Assembly: GCA_036406675.1 (NCBI GenBank)
Contig: DASXAO010000106.1
Coordinates: 12,042-76,041 of the forward strand
Length of the DNA: 64,000 bases
Direction: 5' to 3'
Source of the DNA: Burkholderiales bacterium
Lineage (GTDB): Bacteria; Pseudomonadota; Gammaproteobacteria; Burkholderiales; SG8-39
Shown: piece after piece, positions 44,032-53,641 of the stretch
How positions within the stretch are numbered: the stretch's first letter is position 1
How the letters are laid out: the number at the start of each line of letters is the position of its first letter
The notes under the pieces: model-generated
What the model saw: only the letters and a program-made list of their open reading frames with translations
The model's database searches: none
What the model was told of the DNA's origin: nothing
Position numbers and translations under genes: made by a program

Positions 44032-45312
44032 ATGAGCTTCGTGAACAGGCTGGCCGTCGCTTTGACCGCGGCGGCTGCGGCAACGGCGGCGACGGGCGCG
44101 GCGGCGCAGAACGTCAAGATCGGCGTCGTGGCGTTCATCTCGGGTCCGGCGGCGGCGCCGTTCGGCGTACCGGCGAAGAACGCCGCCGACTTCGTGATCG
44201 ACGAGCTGAACGCCGGCAAGGGCCCGGCGCCTTACGGCAAGAAGGGCTTCGGCGGCGCCACCATCGAAACGGTGGTCGTCGACGAGGCCGGCAGCACCAC
44301 CACGCAGGTCACGGAGTTCCGTAACCTCGTGCAGCGGCACAACGTCGACCTCGTGATCGGCTACATCTCGAGCGGCAACTGCCTCGCGATCGCGCCGGTG
44401 GCGGAGGAGCTGAAGAAGTTCACCAACTTCTTCGACTGCGGCACGCCGCGCATCTTCGAGGACGCCTCGTACAAGTACGTGTTCCGCACCTCGCCCACGG
44501 CGACCATGGACAGCGTCGGCGCGGCGCTCTACGTGAAGGACTTGAAGCCGAACCTCAAGTCGATCGCCGGCCTCAACCAGAACTACGCCTGGGGCCAGGA
44601 CTCGTGGGGCGATTTCGAGCTGGCGATGAAGGTGCTGGTGCCCAGCCTCGAGGTGAAGACCTCGCAGATGCCCAAGCTCTTCGCCGGCCAGTACAACGCC
44701 GAGATCTCGGCGCTGCTCGGCGCCAAGGCCGACGTCATCCATTCGAGCTTCTGGGACGGCGACCTCGAGGCGCTCATCCTGCAGGGCGGGCCGCGCGGGC
44801 TCATGAAGAGCAGCCTCACCATCCTGACGACGGGCGAGACCGCGATGCACAAGCTCGGAGCCCAGATTCCCGACGGCACCGTGCTCGGCGCACGCGGCCC
44901 CTTCGGCCCCTACGCGCCGAACAACGCCTTCAACCAGTGGTTCGCGAAGGGCTTCGAGGCGCGCTTCAAGGCGCCGCCCAACTACGCCTCCTACCAGATG
45001 GCGCAGGCGATCCTCGGCGTGAAGCTGGCATGGGAAAAGGCCATGGACAAGGCGGGCGGCAAGCGCCCGACCAACGAGCAGGTCGGCGAGGCGCTCGAGA
45101 ACATGACCTTCGAGGGTCCCGGCGGCACGGTGCGCATGGCGATCGGCAAGGGGCACCAGGCGATCATGGAGACCGCGTACGGCACGACCAAGCTCGTGAA
45201 CGGCAAGCTCACGCTCGTCGACGTGAAGCGCTATCCCGCGGAGAAGGTGAACCCGCCCGAGGGCCTCAAGGCGGCCGAGTGGATCAAGGGCGGCTTCAAG
45301 CACGGAAACTGA
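44032..45312 (+). CDS. ABC transporter substrate-binding protein, branched-chain-amino-acid (LivJ/Peripla_BP_6) type
   Basis: Signal peptide ..GAAAQN, then VKIGVVAFISGPAAAPFG. AAAGGAGGAGAG lies upstream of the ATG. Confidence 0.88.
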   Translation: MSFVNRLAVALTAAAAATAATGAAAQNVKIGVVAFISGPAAAPFGVPAKNAADFVIDELNAGKGPAPYGKKGFGGATIETVVVDEAGSTTTQVTEFRNLVQRHNVDLVIGYISSGNCLAIAPVAEELKKFTNFFDCGTPRIFEDASYKYVFRTSPTATMDSVGAALYVKDLKPNLKSIAGLNQNYAWGQDSWGDFELAMKVLVPSLEVKTSQMPKLFAGQYNAEISALLGAKADVIHSSFWDGDLEALILQGGPRGLMKSSLTILTTGETAMHKLGAQIPDGTVLGARGPFGPYAPNNAFNQWFAKGFEARFKAPPNYASYQMAQAILGVKLAWEKAMDKAGGKRPTNEQVGEALENMTFEGPGGTVRMAIGKGHQAIMETAYGTTKLVNGKLTLVDVKRYPAEKVNPPEGLKAAEWIKGGFKHGN

Positions 45313-45328
45313 GCTGATCCAAACAAAA

Positions 45329-45407
45329 CAGGGATGGAACACCACGTGGAGACAGACTGGGGACAGACCTTAAGGTCTGTCCCCTCGTGGTCCGTCCCTG
45401 ATTTTTT
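45329..45407 (+). terminator. Compound hairpin plus T-run between the binding-protein and permease genes (attenuator/terminator-like or REP/MITE-like)
   Basis: The inner perfect stem is GGGGACAGACC-TTAA-GGTCTGTCCCC (45359-45384). It is nested in outer stems ACCACG/CGTGGT and CAGGGATGG/TCCGTCCCTG, followed by ATTTTTT. Confidence 0.55.
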
Positions 45408-46304
45408 CTGAACCAGCTTCTCTCAGTCGCGGTCGACGGCATCATCTACTCGTCGTGGCTGTTCATCGCCGCGCTAGGCCTCACGCTGATCTACGGCGTG
45501 ATGAAGATCGTGAACGTCACCCACGGCAGCTTCTACGCGATCGGCGCCTACGCCGCCGCGTCGATGACCGCGGCCTGGCTTGCGCGCGGCTATCCCCCGA
45601 TGCTGTCATACGCGGTGCTGGTGCTCGCCGCGATGGTCATCGCGGCGCCCTTCGCCTTCCTCATCGAGCGCGCGATCCTGCGGCCGCTGTACGCGAGGGA
45701 CGAGGTGGTGATCCTGCTCGTCACCTACGCGCTTTTCCTCATCCTCGAGGACGTGGTGAAGCTGATCTGGGGCGTGAATCCGTATTTCATCGCCGAGCCG
45801 TACGCGCTGCTCGGCAGCTTCCAGGTCGCGGGAATGGCCTATCCCACGTACAACCTGGTGCTGGTCGCCGCGGCGCTTTTCTTCGGCGGCGGGCTCTGGT
45901 GGCTGCTCCATAGCACGCGCGCGGGAAAGCTTCTTCTCGCGGTGATCCACGATCCCGAGGTCAGCCGCGCGATGGGCGTGAACGTCGGCCGCTACTACCT
46001 CGCCACCTTCGCGCTCGGGTCGTTGCTCGCCGCGCTCGCCGGAGCGTTCACCGCGCCGACGGTCTCGGTCGTCCCGGGGCTCGGGGTCGACGTGATCGTG
46101 CTTTCGTTCGCGGTGGTGGTGATCGGCGGGCTCGGCAGCCTGCCGGGCGCCGCGGTCGGCGCGGCGATGGTCGGGCTGGTGCGCTCGCTCTCGGTCCACT
46201 ACATGCCGCAGGTGGAGCTTTTCGTCATCTACTTCGTGATGGCGCTCGTGCTGGCGGTGCGCCCGCGCGGGCTCTTCAGCCTGGCCGAGCCGAGAAAGAT
46301 ATGA
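45408..46304 (+). CDS. Branched-chain-amino-acid-type ABC permease (LivH-like)
   Basis: The ORF track starts at GTG 45498. The conserved TM1 (NQLLSVAVDGIIYSSWLFIAALGLTLIYG) lies upstream, and the only in-frame candidate start is CTG 45408. Contains THGSFYAIGAY. Confidence 0.8.
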   Translation: MNQLLSVAVDGIIYSSWLFIAALGLTLIYGVMKIVNVTHGSFYAIGAYAAASMTAAWLARGYPPMLSYAVLVLAAMVIAAPFAFLIERAILRPLYARDEVVILLVTYALFLILEDVVKLIWGVNPYFIAEPYALLGSFQVAGMAYPTYNLVLVAAALFFGGGLWWLLHSTRAGKLLLAVIHDPEVSRAMGVNVGRYYLATFALGSLLAALAGAFTAPTVSVVPGLGVDVIVLSFAVVVIGGLGSLPGAAVGAAMVGLVRSLSVHYMPQVELFVIYFVMALVLAVRPRGLFSLAEPRKI

Positions 46305-47251
46305 ATTCCGCCGGAGAGGCGCGCGACCGCACCGTTCTCATCCTCCTCGCGGCGTTTGTCCTGTTGGCGGTTGCGGGACCGTGGCTGCCGCAGTGGGCGA
46401 TGTTCATCATGACGATTGCCTTCGCGCGCGGCCTGGTGGTGCTGGGCCTGCTATTGCTGCTGAGGGCAGGGCTCGTATCGTTCGGCCAGGCGCTCTTCTA
46501 CTGCCTCGGCGCGTACTCGGCCGGCGCGCTCGGCCGCTTCTTCGGCGTCTCGGACATCTTCGTCGAGATGCTGGTCGGCGGCGCCGTGGCGGCGGCGACG
46601 GCGTTCGTGCTCGGCTTCCTGCTCGCACGCTACCGGGGCATCTACTTCGGGCTGCTCAGCCTCGCGCTCTCGATGATCCTGTACGGGCTGCTCGTGAAGA
46701 GCGAGGCGCTCGGCTCGACCGACGGCTTCAACATCCTGGCCTCGACGCTGCTCGGCATCCGGCCGGGCCCGGATTGGGTGCGCTACGCGGTGCTCGTCTC
46801 CGCGGCCGCGGCGGCGCTCGTCGCCGCGCTCCTCGTGCATCGCTATCTCCGCACGCCGCTCGGCCGGCTGGCGCCGGCGATCAAGGACAACGAGATCCGG
46901 GTCGAGTACATGGGCGCGTCGGCGCGCCGCGCGGTGCACGTGAAATACGTGATCGCGGGGGCGCTCGCCGGCGTCGGCGGCGCGCTCGCCGCGACGTCGG
47001 TCGGACACATCGATCCCGAGATGGCCTACTGGACCACCTCGGGCGAGTTCATCTTCATCGCGATCCTCGCCGGAACCGGAAACGTGATCGCCCCGTTCGT
47101 CGGCGCGCTGATCTACGGCGCTATCCATACGCTCGCCTATGACCTCTCGCCCAATACCTGGCAGATGAGCCTCGGCGCGGCGCTGCTCCTCCTGATCGTG
47201 TTCCTACCCGAAGGGCTGTGGTCGGCCTTCTCGCGGCTGAGGTGGCGCTGA
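46301..47251 (+). CDS. Branched-chain-amino-acid-type ABC permease (LivM-like)
   Basis: Polytopic, 316 aa. ATGA overlap with the LivH-like gene. Contains LVSFGQALFYCLGAY. Confidence 0.88.
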   Translation: MNSAGEARDRTVLILLAAFVLLAVAGPWLPQWAMFIMTIAFARGLVVLGLLLLLRAGLVSFGQALFYCLGAYSAGALGRFFGVSDIFVEMLVGGAVAAATAFVLGFLLARYRGIYFGLLSLALSMILYGLLVKSEALGSTDGFNILASTLLGIRPGPDWVRYAVLVSAAAAALVAALLVHRYLRTPLGRLAPAIKDNEIRVEYMGASARRAVHVKYVIAGALAGVGGALAATSVGHIDPEMAYWTTSGEFIFIAILAGTGNVIAPFVGALIYGAIHTLAYDLSPNTWQMSLGAALLLLIVFLPEGLWSAFSRLRWR

Positions 47252-47255
47252 TTCC

Positions 47256-48029
47256 ATGGCGGTAATCCTCGACGCGAAAAGCCTGTGCAAGTCCTTCGGC
47301 GCGGTCAGCGCGGCCAACGAGGTGAGCGCGGCCATCGACAAGGACTCGGTGGTGGGGCTGATCGGCACCAACGGCGCCGGCAAGACCACCTTCATCAACA
47401 TCGTCACCGGCTACCTCAAGCCCGACCGCGGCAGCATCGCCTACGAGGGCCGCGACATCACGCGCCTGCCGCCGCGCGAGATCACGCGCCTGGGCATCTG
47501 CCGCTCGTTCCAGATCCCGCAGCTCTACGGCTCGCTTTCGGTGTTCGACAACATGCTCGTCGGCATCGGCATCGTGCTGCGGAACGCCGGCCTCGCGGGC
47601 TACTTCTCGCGCCGCGCGGCGCTCGTCCCGGGCTACGGCGAGCCGGCCGAGGCGGTCGCCGAGCGCATTCTCGGCCGCTTCGGATTGCTCGAGTACCGCG
47701 GCCGCAACGCGCAGGTCCTGCCGGGCGGCGCGCGCAAGCTCCTCGATATCGCGCTCGCGATGGTCGCGCGCCCGCGCATCCTGCTGCTGGACGAGCCCAC
47801 CAGCGGAGTGTCGGCGCAGGAGAAGTTCGGCATCATGCAGATGGTGCTCGAGGCGGTGCGCGCCGAGGGCGCGACGGTGCTTTTTGTCGAGCACGACATG
47901 GAGGTGGTGAGCCGCTTCGCGCAGCGCGTGCTTGCGTTCTACGACGGCCGCATCATTGCCGACGCGCCGCCCCGCGACGCGCTCGCGCACCCCGACGTCA
48001 AGCGCTACGTGGTCGGCAGCCGTGCTTGA
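47256..48029 (+). CDS. ABC transporter ATP-binding protein (LivG-like)
   Basis: Walker A GTNGAGKTT, signature LPGGARKLL and Walker B ILLLDEP. Confidence 0.9.
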   Translation: MAVILDAKSLCKSFGAVSAANEVSAAIDKDSVVGLIGTNGAGKTTFINIVTGYLKPDRGSIAYEGRDITRLPPREITRLGICRSFQIPQLYGSLSVFDNMLVGIGIVLRNAGLAGYFSRRAALVPGYGEPAEAVAERILGRFGLLEYRGRNAQVLPGGARKLLDIALAMVARPRILLLDEPTSGVSAQEKFGIMQMVLEAVRAEGATVLFVEHDMEVVSRFAQRVLAFYDGRIIADAPPRDALAHPDVKRYVVGSRA

Positions 48030-48669
48030 GATCGACCGGCTGAGCGTCTCGATCGCGTCGATGCAGATCCTGCGCGACGTCTCGCTCGAGGTGCCCACCG
48101 GCTCCATGACCGGGCTCATCGGCCGCAACGGCGCCGGCAAGACCACCGTGATGAAGACCGTGATGGGCCTTCTCAAGGCGGGCCGCGGCTCGGTGCGCTT
48201 CGACGGCCGGGACCTCCTCGGCGTCGCGACCCACGAGCGGGCGCGGCTGGGCATCGGCTACATGCCCGAGGACCGGCGCCTGATCCCGGAGCTCACGGTG
48301 GAGGAGAACGTGCTCGTCCCCGCCTGGGCCGCCGGATTCCCGGACGCGCAGGCCCGACTGCAAAAGGTCTACGAATATGTTCCCGAAGTGAAGCAATTCG
48401 CGCCGCGCAAGGGCCTGCAGCTCTCCGGCGGCCAGCAGAAGCTCGTGGCGCTCGCGCGGGCGCTGATGTGCGGCACGCGCCTGCTGCTGCTAGACGAGCC
48501 GTTCGAAGGCGTCGCGCCCGCATTGGCGCAGCGGCTCGCCGAAGTCATCGCCGGCCTCAAGCGCGAAGGGCTGTCCGTGGTGCTGTCGGAATCGGACCTG
48601 CAGCACTCCGAGCGGCTGGTCGACCGAGTCATCGCCATCGATCGCGGCTCCATCGCCGCGGGGCAGTGA
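48022..48669 (+). CDS. ABC transporter ATP-binding protein (LivF-like)
   Basis: GTG 48022 overlaps the upstream stop. Walker A GRNGAGKTT, signature LSGGQQKLV and Walker B LLLLDEP. Confidence 0.9.
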   Translation: MLEIDRLSVSIASMQILRDVSLEVPTGSMTGLIGRNGAGKTTVMKTVMGLLKAGRGSVRFDGRDLLGVATHERARLGIGYMPEDRRLIPELTVEENVLVPAWAAGFPDAQARLQKVYEYVPEVKQFAPRKGLQLSGGQQKLVALARALMCGTRLLLLDEPFEGVAPALAQRLAEVIAGLKREGLSVVLSESDLQHSERLVDRVIAIDRGSIAAGQ

Positions 48670-50276
48670 TGCAAGCCGACGTGCTCGTCATCGGGTCGGG
48701 CGCGGCCGGGATGTATGCCGCCATCAGCGCGGCGCGAGCGGGCTGCAGCGTAGTGCTCGTCGACCGCAGTCTCATCGGGCGGGGCGGCGCCACTGTGATG
48801 GCGCAGATGACCGTCGCAGTCGCGCTGGGCGAGCAAACGCCCGATCACTGGGAGCATCACCTCGCCGACACGCTGAACGCCGGGCGAGGGCTGTGCGAGC
48901 CGGCGCTCTCGCGGCTCCTTTGCGAGGACGCGCCCGAATGCATCCGCGAGATGGACGCCTGGGGCGTCGGGTGGGCGCGCGCCGGCGAGCATATCAAGCA
49001 AGTTCAAGCCCCGGGACACGACCGCCCGCGCTGCGTCTACGTCGATTTCGTCAACACCGGCCCGGCGGTGTCGAAGACCCTGCGCGCGCAGCTGAACCGC
49101 ATCCCCGAGATCCGCCGCATCGGCGATGTCCTCGTCACGGATCTCGCGGTTCACCAAGGTAGGTGTGTCGGCGCTCATGGTGTTCACGTCACGACAGGGA
49201 ACCTGGTATCGATCGAGGCAAAGGCGACGATTCTCGCCACCGGCGGCCTCACGCGCCTGTACGCGCGCAACAGCGCGTCGATCAACATGGGCGGCGACGG
49301 TTTCGCGCTGGCATTGCGCGCGGGCGCCGAGCTCGTCGACATGGAGTTCGTGCAATTCTTTCCCATCGGGCACCTGGCGCCGCGGCTGGTCGGCATGGAC
49401 CCGATCATGTGGGACCCGTTTCGCTACAAGCTCGGCGGCAAGCTGCTGAACGCCGAGATGCAGGAATTCCTGAAGGAAGACGGGCGCTACGTCTCCGTGC
49501 GCGATCAGGCGACGCATGCCATCCTCGCCGAGGTCGCCGCCGGCCGCGGCACGCCGCACGGCGGCGCGTGGCTCTCGTTCCGCCACTGCAGCGAGGCGGA
49601 GTTGCGCTCGGCATTCGGGCCGGTGATCGATCGCCTCGCCGCGAACGGCATCGACCTGACGCGCCAGGCAATCGAGGTCGCGCCGATGGCGCACTACCAC
49701 ATGGGCGGCATCCGCGCGGACAGCGACATGCGGACGGGCGTGCCCCATCTTTTTGCGGCCGGCGAAGCCGTTGGCGGTGCGAATGGCGCCAACCGCCTTT
49801 CGGGCAACGCGATCACCGAAGCCTTCACCTTCGGCCGGCGCGCCGGCGTGCGCGCCGCTGCGCTCGCTGCGAAGACCGCAATGCCAGCGATAAACCGTCC
49901 GCCTCCCCCTTCAACGGTGCGCGATTCGTCTTTCAATGCCGCTGCGGCAATTGCAGATCTCCAAAGCGTAATGAACAAGGACGTCGGACCCTTGCGCACC
50001 CGCACTGGCCTCGAGAGGGCGCTCGCACACGTCGACAGTCTTAAGGCAATCTGCGCGGAACTGCCGCTGCCGAAGCACGGTCTGGATCCAGAGTGGATCG
50101 ACCTGCACGACCTGCGCAACATGCGCCTGGTCGCCGAATGCATCGCGCGAGCGGCGCTCGCCCGCACCGAGAGCCGCGGGGCGCACCAGCGCGGGGACTT
50201 CCCCGAGACGAGCGAGGGCTGGGAGAAGCACCAGACGATTCGACTCGCCTCCGATGGAGTGCGGCTTGAAGGCTAG
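48669..50276 (+). CDS. FAD-binding flavoprotein of the SdhA/FrdA/NadB family
   Basis: DVLVIGSGAAGMYAA (GxGxxG), HYHMGGI and ESRGAHQRGDFPE. The ATG overlaps the LivF-like stop (TGATG). Confidence 0.85.
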   Translation: MQADVLVIGSGAAGMYAAISAARAGCSVVLVDRSLIGRGGATVMAQMTVAVALGEQTPDHWEHHLADTLNAGRGLCEPALSRLLCEDAPECIREMDAWGVGWARAGEHIKQVQAPGHDRPRCVYVDFVNTGPAVSKTLRAQLNRIPEIRRIGDVLVTDLAVHQGRCVGAHGVHVTTGNLVSIEAKATILATGGLTRLYARNSASINMGGDGFALALRAGAELVDMEFVQFFPIGHLAPRLVGMDPIMWDPFRYKLGGKLLNAEMQEFLKEDGRYVSVRDQATHAILAEVAAGRGTPHGGAWLSFRHCSEAELRSAFGPVIDRLAANGIDLTRQAIEVAPMAHYHMGGIRADSDMRTGVPHLFAAGEAVGGANGANRLSGNAITEAFTFGRRAGVRAAALAAKTAMPAINRPPPPSTVRDSSFNAAAAIADLQSVMNKDVGPLRTRTGLERALAHVDSLKAICAELPLPKHGLDPEWIDLHDLRNMRLVAECIARAALARTESRGAHQRGDFPETSEGWEKHQTIRLASDGVRLEG

Positions 50277-50619
50277 CCTGAGAATTCGGCGCGGCTCGCC
50301 CGGCTCGGCCGGGCGCTTCGAGCGCTACGACGTGCCCTTCGAGCCGGGCCAGACCGTGCTCGACGCGCTGCGCTGGATCCGCGTGCACCGCGATCCGAGC
50401 CTCGCGATCCGCTTCTCTTGCATCAACGCCAACGCGTGCAAGGAGTGCATGATCAGCGTCGACGGCGAGACTGTTTACGCCTGCACTACGCGCCTCACCG
50501 AGGAGGAAATGACGCTGGAACCGCTGCCGAACAAGGCGCTGATCGCCGACCTCGTCACCGAGATCGCGCCACCCGACGAGCGGTTGGCTCCTGCTCGGCC
50601 GTCGCGGCCGCGCCGTTGA
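50254..50619 (+). CDS. 2Fe-2S protein, SdhB/FrdB N-terminal-domain-like
   Basis: RFERYDVPFEPGQTVLDALRWI and the Cys cluster SCINANACKECMISVDGETVYAC. No 4Fe-4S domain. Confidence 0.7.
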   Translation: MECGLKASLRIRRGSPGSAGRFERYDVPFEPGQTVLDALRWIRVHRDPSLAIRFSCINANACKECMISVDGETVYACTTRLTEEEMTLEPLPNKALIADLVTEIAPPDERLAPARPSRPRR

Positions 50620-50794
50620 GCCGCGCCGCGACCTGGTGGATCAACGCGTGACTTTGTTCGATGAGCTGCCGGCTTCGCACTACGCAGGCGCCAGCTTGCA
50701 TGACGAGCTCGTCGGTGTGGCGCCTGTTTTCTTCGAGCGACCACCACGGCAAGCGAAATGAGGGCACGACGGCGCTCCGCACGGGTACCTCCAT
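50555..50794 (-). CDS. Possible small protein (79 aa), weak call
   Basis: The only ORF in the 300-bp convergent gap. AAGGAA lies before the ATG. It overlaps the tail of the 2Fe-2S gene. No motif recognised. Confidence 0.2.
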   Translation of the reverse strand: MEVPVRSAVVPSFRLPWWSLEENRRHTDELVMQAGACVVRSRQLIEQSHALIHQVAARLNGAAATAEQEPTARRVARSR

Positions 50795-50916
50795 GGGTTC
50801 CTTAGCGGAGTGACCGGAGAGATTCCGGCTTGTACGCGCCGAGGTGCGACGACTTCAGCTGCGGTCACGCTCCTGACGGGCGTGATTTCTCAGCTTCCTC
50901 TCCTTGCCGCGAATCG

Positions 50917-52686
50917 TCAATCCCGCCGCAAGGGATGCAGCAACCCCGCTTCGCAGGCCTTGATCTGCAGGGCGAGGAACTTCGAGTAGATCCGGCACTG
51001 CGCGAAGCTGCCGGCGATGAACCAAAGCCCCGGCTGCGCGGTGCGCTGGAACATGTTGCGCAGCTCCTGGCCTTCGCCGAAGCCCCAGATCGGGCCGACG
51101 CGGGCCGCCATGTCGGCGCCGAACAGCCTGGCGACGAGGTGCTCCTGGCCTTTCCAGCCGGTAGCGAGCACCACGAGGTCGGCCTCCTTCAGCAGCGCCT
51201 CGAGCTGGTCGAGCTGCGCGAGGCCGATCTTGCCCTCGGCGATGAGATCGGAGCAGCCGACGTTGAAGTAATACCCGCCTCCGCGCGTGAGGTACAAGAA
51301 CTGCCAGCCGGTCCCGTCCTCGCCGTCGCAGAGGCGGAAGCCTCTTCGTTCGAGTCGCTCGAGCAGGTCCCGGTCGAGATTCTTCGCGTGCTGCGTCGCA
51401 AGTTGGTGTGTCTTCCTCGCCAATGCCAGGGGAACCGAGGCGGTGATGAGGTCGCAGTCCTCGATGGGTGGGCCTTCGCTGTAGAGCGAATACACGAGCT
51501 GCGCGCTCGGGTCGCAGTTGGTGATCAGGGTGGGACTGCGCTGGACGATCGTTACGTTCGCGCCCGCGGAGTAGAGGTCCTGCGCGATGTCGTGGCCGCT
51601 GTTTCCGGTGCCGATCACGATCGCGCGCTTGCCCTTCCAGGCGCCGCCATCCTCGAACTGGCAGGAATGAAGAAGCTGTCCGGCGAAGCCCTTCAGGGCA
51701 GGAATTTCCGGAATGCTCGGAATGCCGCTCACGCCGGTGGCGAGCACGACGTGTCGCGGGTGCAGCTCGCGCTTCGTTGCGTCGGCGCGCCGCACCGTCA
51801 CCGACCAGCGCCCGTCCTCATCGTCGTAGCTTCCCCCCTCGAATTCCGTGCCGGTCCAGTAGTTGAGCTCCATCGCCTCGGCGTAGGACTCGAACCAGTT
51901 GGCGAGCTTGTCCTTCGGGATGTAGACCGGCCAGTTCGGCGGGAACGGCATGTACGGCAGGTGGTTGACGTGCACCTGGTTGTGCAGCGTGAGCGCGTGG
52001 TAGCGCCTGCGCCAGTTGTCGCCGACTCTCGGCCAGCGGTCGACGATCAGCGCGTCGACCCCGAGCTGGCCCAGGCGCGCCGCGGTCGTGAGCCCGGCCT
52101 GCCCGCCGCCGACGACCAATACGGTCGGTTCGCGGTCGGAATAACTGCGTGAAGATGTGCGCAGGTCGAGCCAGTTCGGCCCGGCGAAGTCGCGCGAATA
52201 ACCCCATCCGTCGGGGCGCCTGCGGCCGACGTGCTCTTCCAATTCCTTGATCTCGTCGAGCGCGGTGAGCAGGGTCCACGCCTTCGGTTGCCCGTTGTCG
52301 TTTGTTTCAGAGAGGAATCTGAGAACACCACTTCCTCGTCCCAGCGCGGTCTCGAACTTGTAGATCACCTCGACGCATTTCGTTCCGGCGCGAGTGACGT
52401 GGCGCGGCGCGGTGCGCTCGGGATCGGTGCGGAAGCCGCTGGGACGCGCTCGACGCGCGTGCTCCTGCAGCGCAGCGGCGATGGCTTCGTCTCCGCTCAC
52501 CGTGCCGATGCGCCACGTCAGGGCGAGGGCGTCGCGCCAGTGGCTGTCGCGACGGAACAGGCTGGCGAGCGATCGGGCGTCCGGCTGCGACAGAGCGTGC
52601 TCGAACCGTGCGAACCAGTGATTCGCGATCGTCGCGAGGGTTTCCGTTCCGGCCAGCATCGGCGCTCGCTCATTAGAATAGCGCAT
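50917..52686 (-). CDS. Flavin-containing (class B/BVMO-like) monooxygenase with N-terminal extension
   Basis: Two dinucleotide motifs, [14 protein letters not shown] and [14 protein letters not shown]. The start could be Met10 at 52659. Confidence 0.82.
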   Translation of the reverse strand: MRYSNERAPMLAGTETLATIANHWFARFEHALSQPDARSLASLFRRDSHWRDALALTWRIGTVSGDEAIAAALQEHARRARPSGFRTDPERTAPRHVTRAGTKCVEVIYKFETALGRGSGVLRFLSETNDNGQPKAWTLLTALDEIKELEEHVGRRRPDGWGYSRDFAGPNWLDLRTSSRSYSDREPTVLVVGGGQAGLTTAARLGQLGVDALIVDRWPRVGDNWRRRYHALTLHNQVHVNHLPYMPFPPNWPVYIPKDKLANWFESYAEAMELNYWTGTEFEGGSYDDEDGRWSVTVRRADATKRELHPRHVVLATGVSGIPSIPEIPALKGFAGQLLHSCQFEDGGAWKGKRAIVIGTGNSGHDIAQDLYSAGANVTIVQRSPTLITNCDPSAQLVYSLYSEGPPIEDCDLITASVPLALARKTHQLATQHAKNLDRDLLERLERRGFRLCDGEDGTGWQFLYLTRGGGYYFNVGCSDLIAEGKIGLAQLDQLEALLKEADLVVLATGWKGQEHLVARLFGADMAARVGPIWGFGEGQELRNMFQRTAQPGLWFIAGSFAQCRIYSKFLALQIKACEAGLLHPLRRD

Positions 52687-52688
52687 CC

Positions 52689-53270
52689 ATGCAGAGGCTC
52701 TGCGTGTTCTGCGGTTCGAGCCCGGGACGCGATCCGGCCTACGCGAGCGCGGCGGCGCAGCTCGGGCGGGTCCTCGCCGAGCGCGGCGTCGGGCTGGTGT
52801 ACGGCGGCGGACGCGTCGGGCTGATGGGCGTGCTCGCCGACGCCGCTCTCGCCGCCGGCGGCGAGGTCATCGGAGTGATTCCGCAGGCGCTGCTCGAGCG
52901 CGAGCTCGGCCACCGCGGATTGACCGAGCTGCGCGTGGTCGATTCGATGCACTCGCGCAAGGCGCTCATGGGCGAGCTCTCCGGCGGATTCATCGCGCTG
53001 CCCGGCGGCGTCGGCACGCTCGAGGAGCTGTTCGAAGTCTGGAGCTGGGCGACGCTCGGATTGCATCGCAAGCCCTGCGGCCTCCTCGACGTGGATGGAT
53101 TTTTCGCGCCGCTGGTGAGCTTTCTCGACGGGCAGGTCAGGGAAGGCTTCATCCATCCGGCGTACCGCGCGATGCTGATCCAGGCTTCTACGCCGGCAGC
53201 GCTGCTCAAAGCGTTTGCCGCCTATGAACCGCCGGCGGAGAAGTGGACGGTTCCGCTCAGGCGAGCGTGA
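52689..53270 (+). CDS. LOG-family (TIGR00730) nucleotide 5'-monophosphate phosphoribohydrolase
   Basis: [21 protein letters not shown] and PGGVGTLEE motifs. Confidence 0.9.
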   Translation: MQRLCVFCGSSPGRDPAYASAAAQLGRVLAERGVGLVYGGGRVGLMGVLADAALAAGGEVIGVIPQALLERELGHRGLTELRVVDSMHSRKALMGELSGGFIALPGGVGTLEELFEVWSWATLGLHRKPCGLLDVDGFFAPLVSFLDGQVREGFIHPAYRAMLIQASTPAALLKAFAAYEPPAEKWTVPLRRA

Positions 53271-53592
53271 GGCCGATGCTCGCGCGACCCATGCCGTCGG
53301 CGCCGGGACGCGGAATCGAGACCGCTCCCTCCATCGAGCGCGCGCGATAGGCGACCCGATAGCGCGGCGTGCCGGTCACGAGCATGAAGCGCCCGTCCGC
53401 GTCGGTGAAGGCGCGTGCCTGCCCCGAGACGACCGCGGCCCCGGAAAGCGGCTTGCCGTCCCGACCGAGGACCCGGCCGGAGAGCAGGAGCCCGTGCGGC
53501 GCTTCGATGGCGGGGAGCGCTGCGAAAGCGGCCGGCGCGACTGCGGTTCCGAGGCCGGCGATGATCACTTGCCTGCGCCGAGGGGATAACAT
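53257..53592 (-). CDS. Small Tat-signal protein with carboxypeptidase-regulatory-like beta-sandwich
   Basis: [13 protein letters not shown] is a twin-arginine motif, followed by [27 protein letters not shown]. It overlaps the LOG 3' end by 14 bp. Confidence 0.5.
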   Translation of the reverse strand: MLSPRRRQVIIAGLGTAVAPAAFAALPAIEAPHGLLLSGRVLGRDGKPLSGAAVVSGQARAFTDADGRFMLVTGTPRYRVAYRARSMEGAVSIPRPGADGMGRASIGLTLA

Positions 53593-53641
53593 GGCGGCCG
53601 ATCATACCCCTGCACAACAGCCAACGGGAAGGGCCAGCCCC

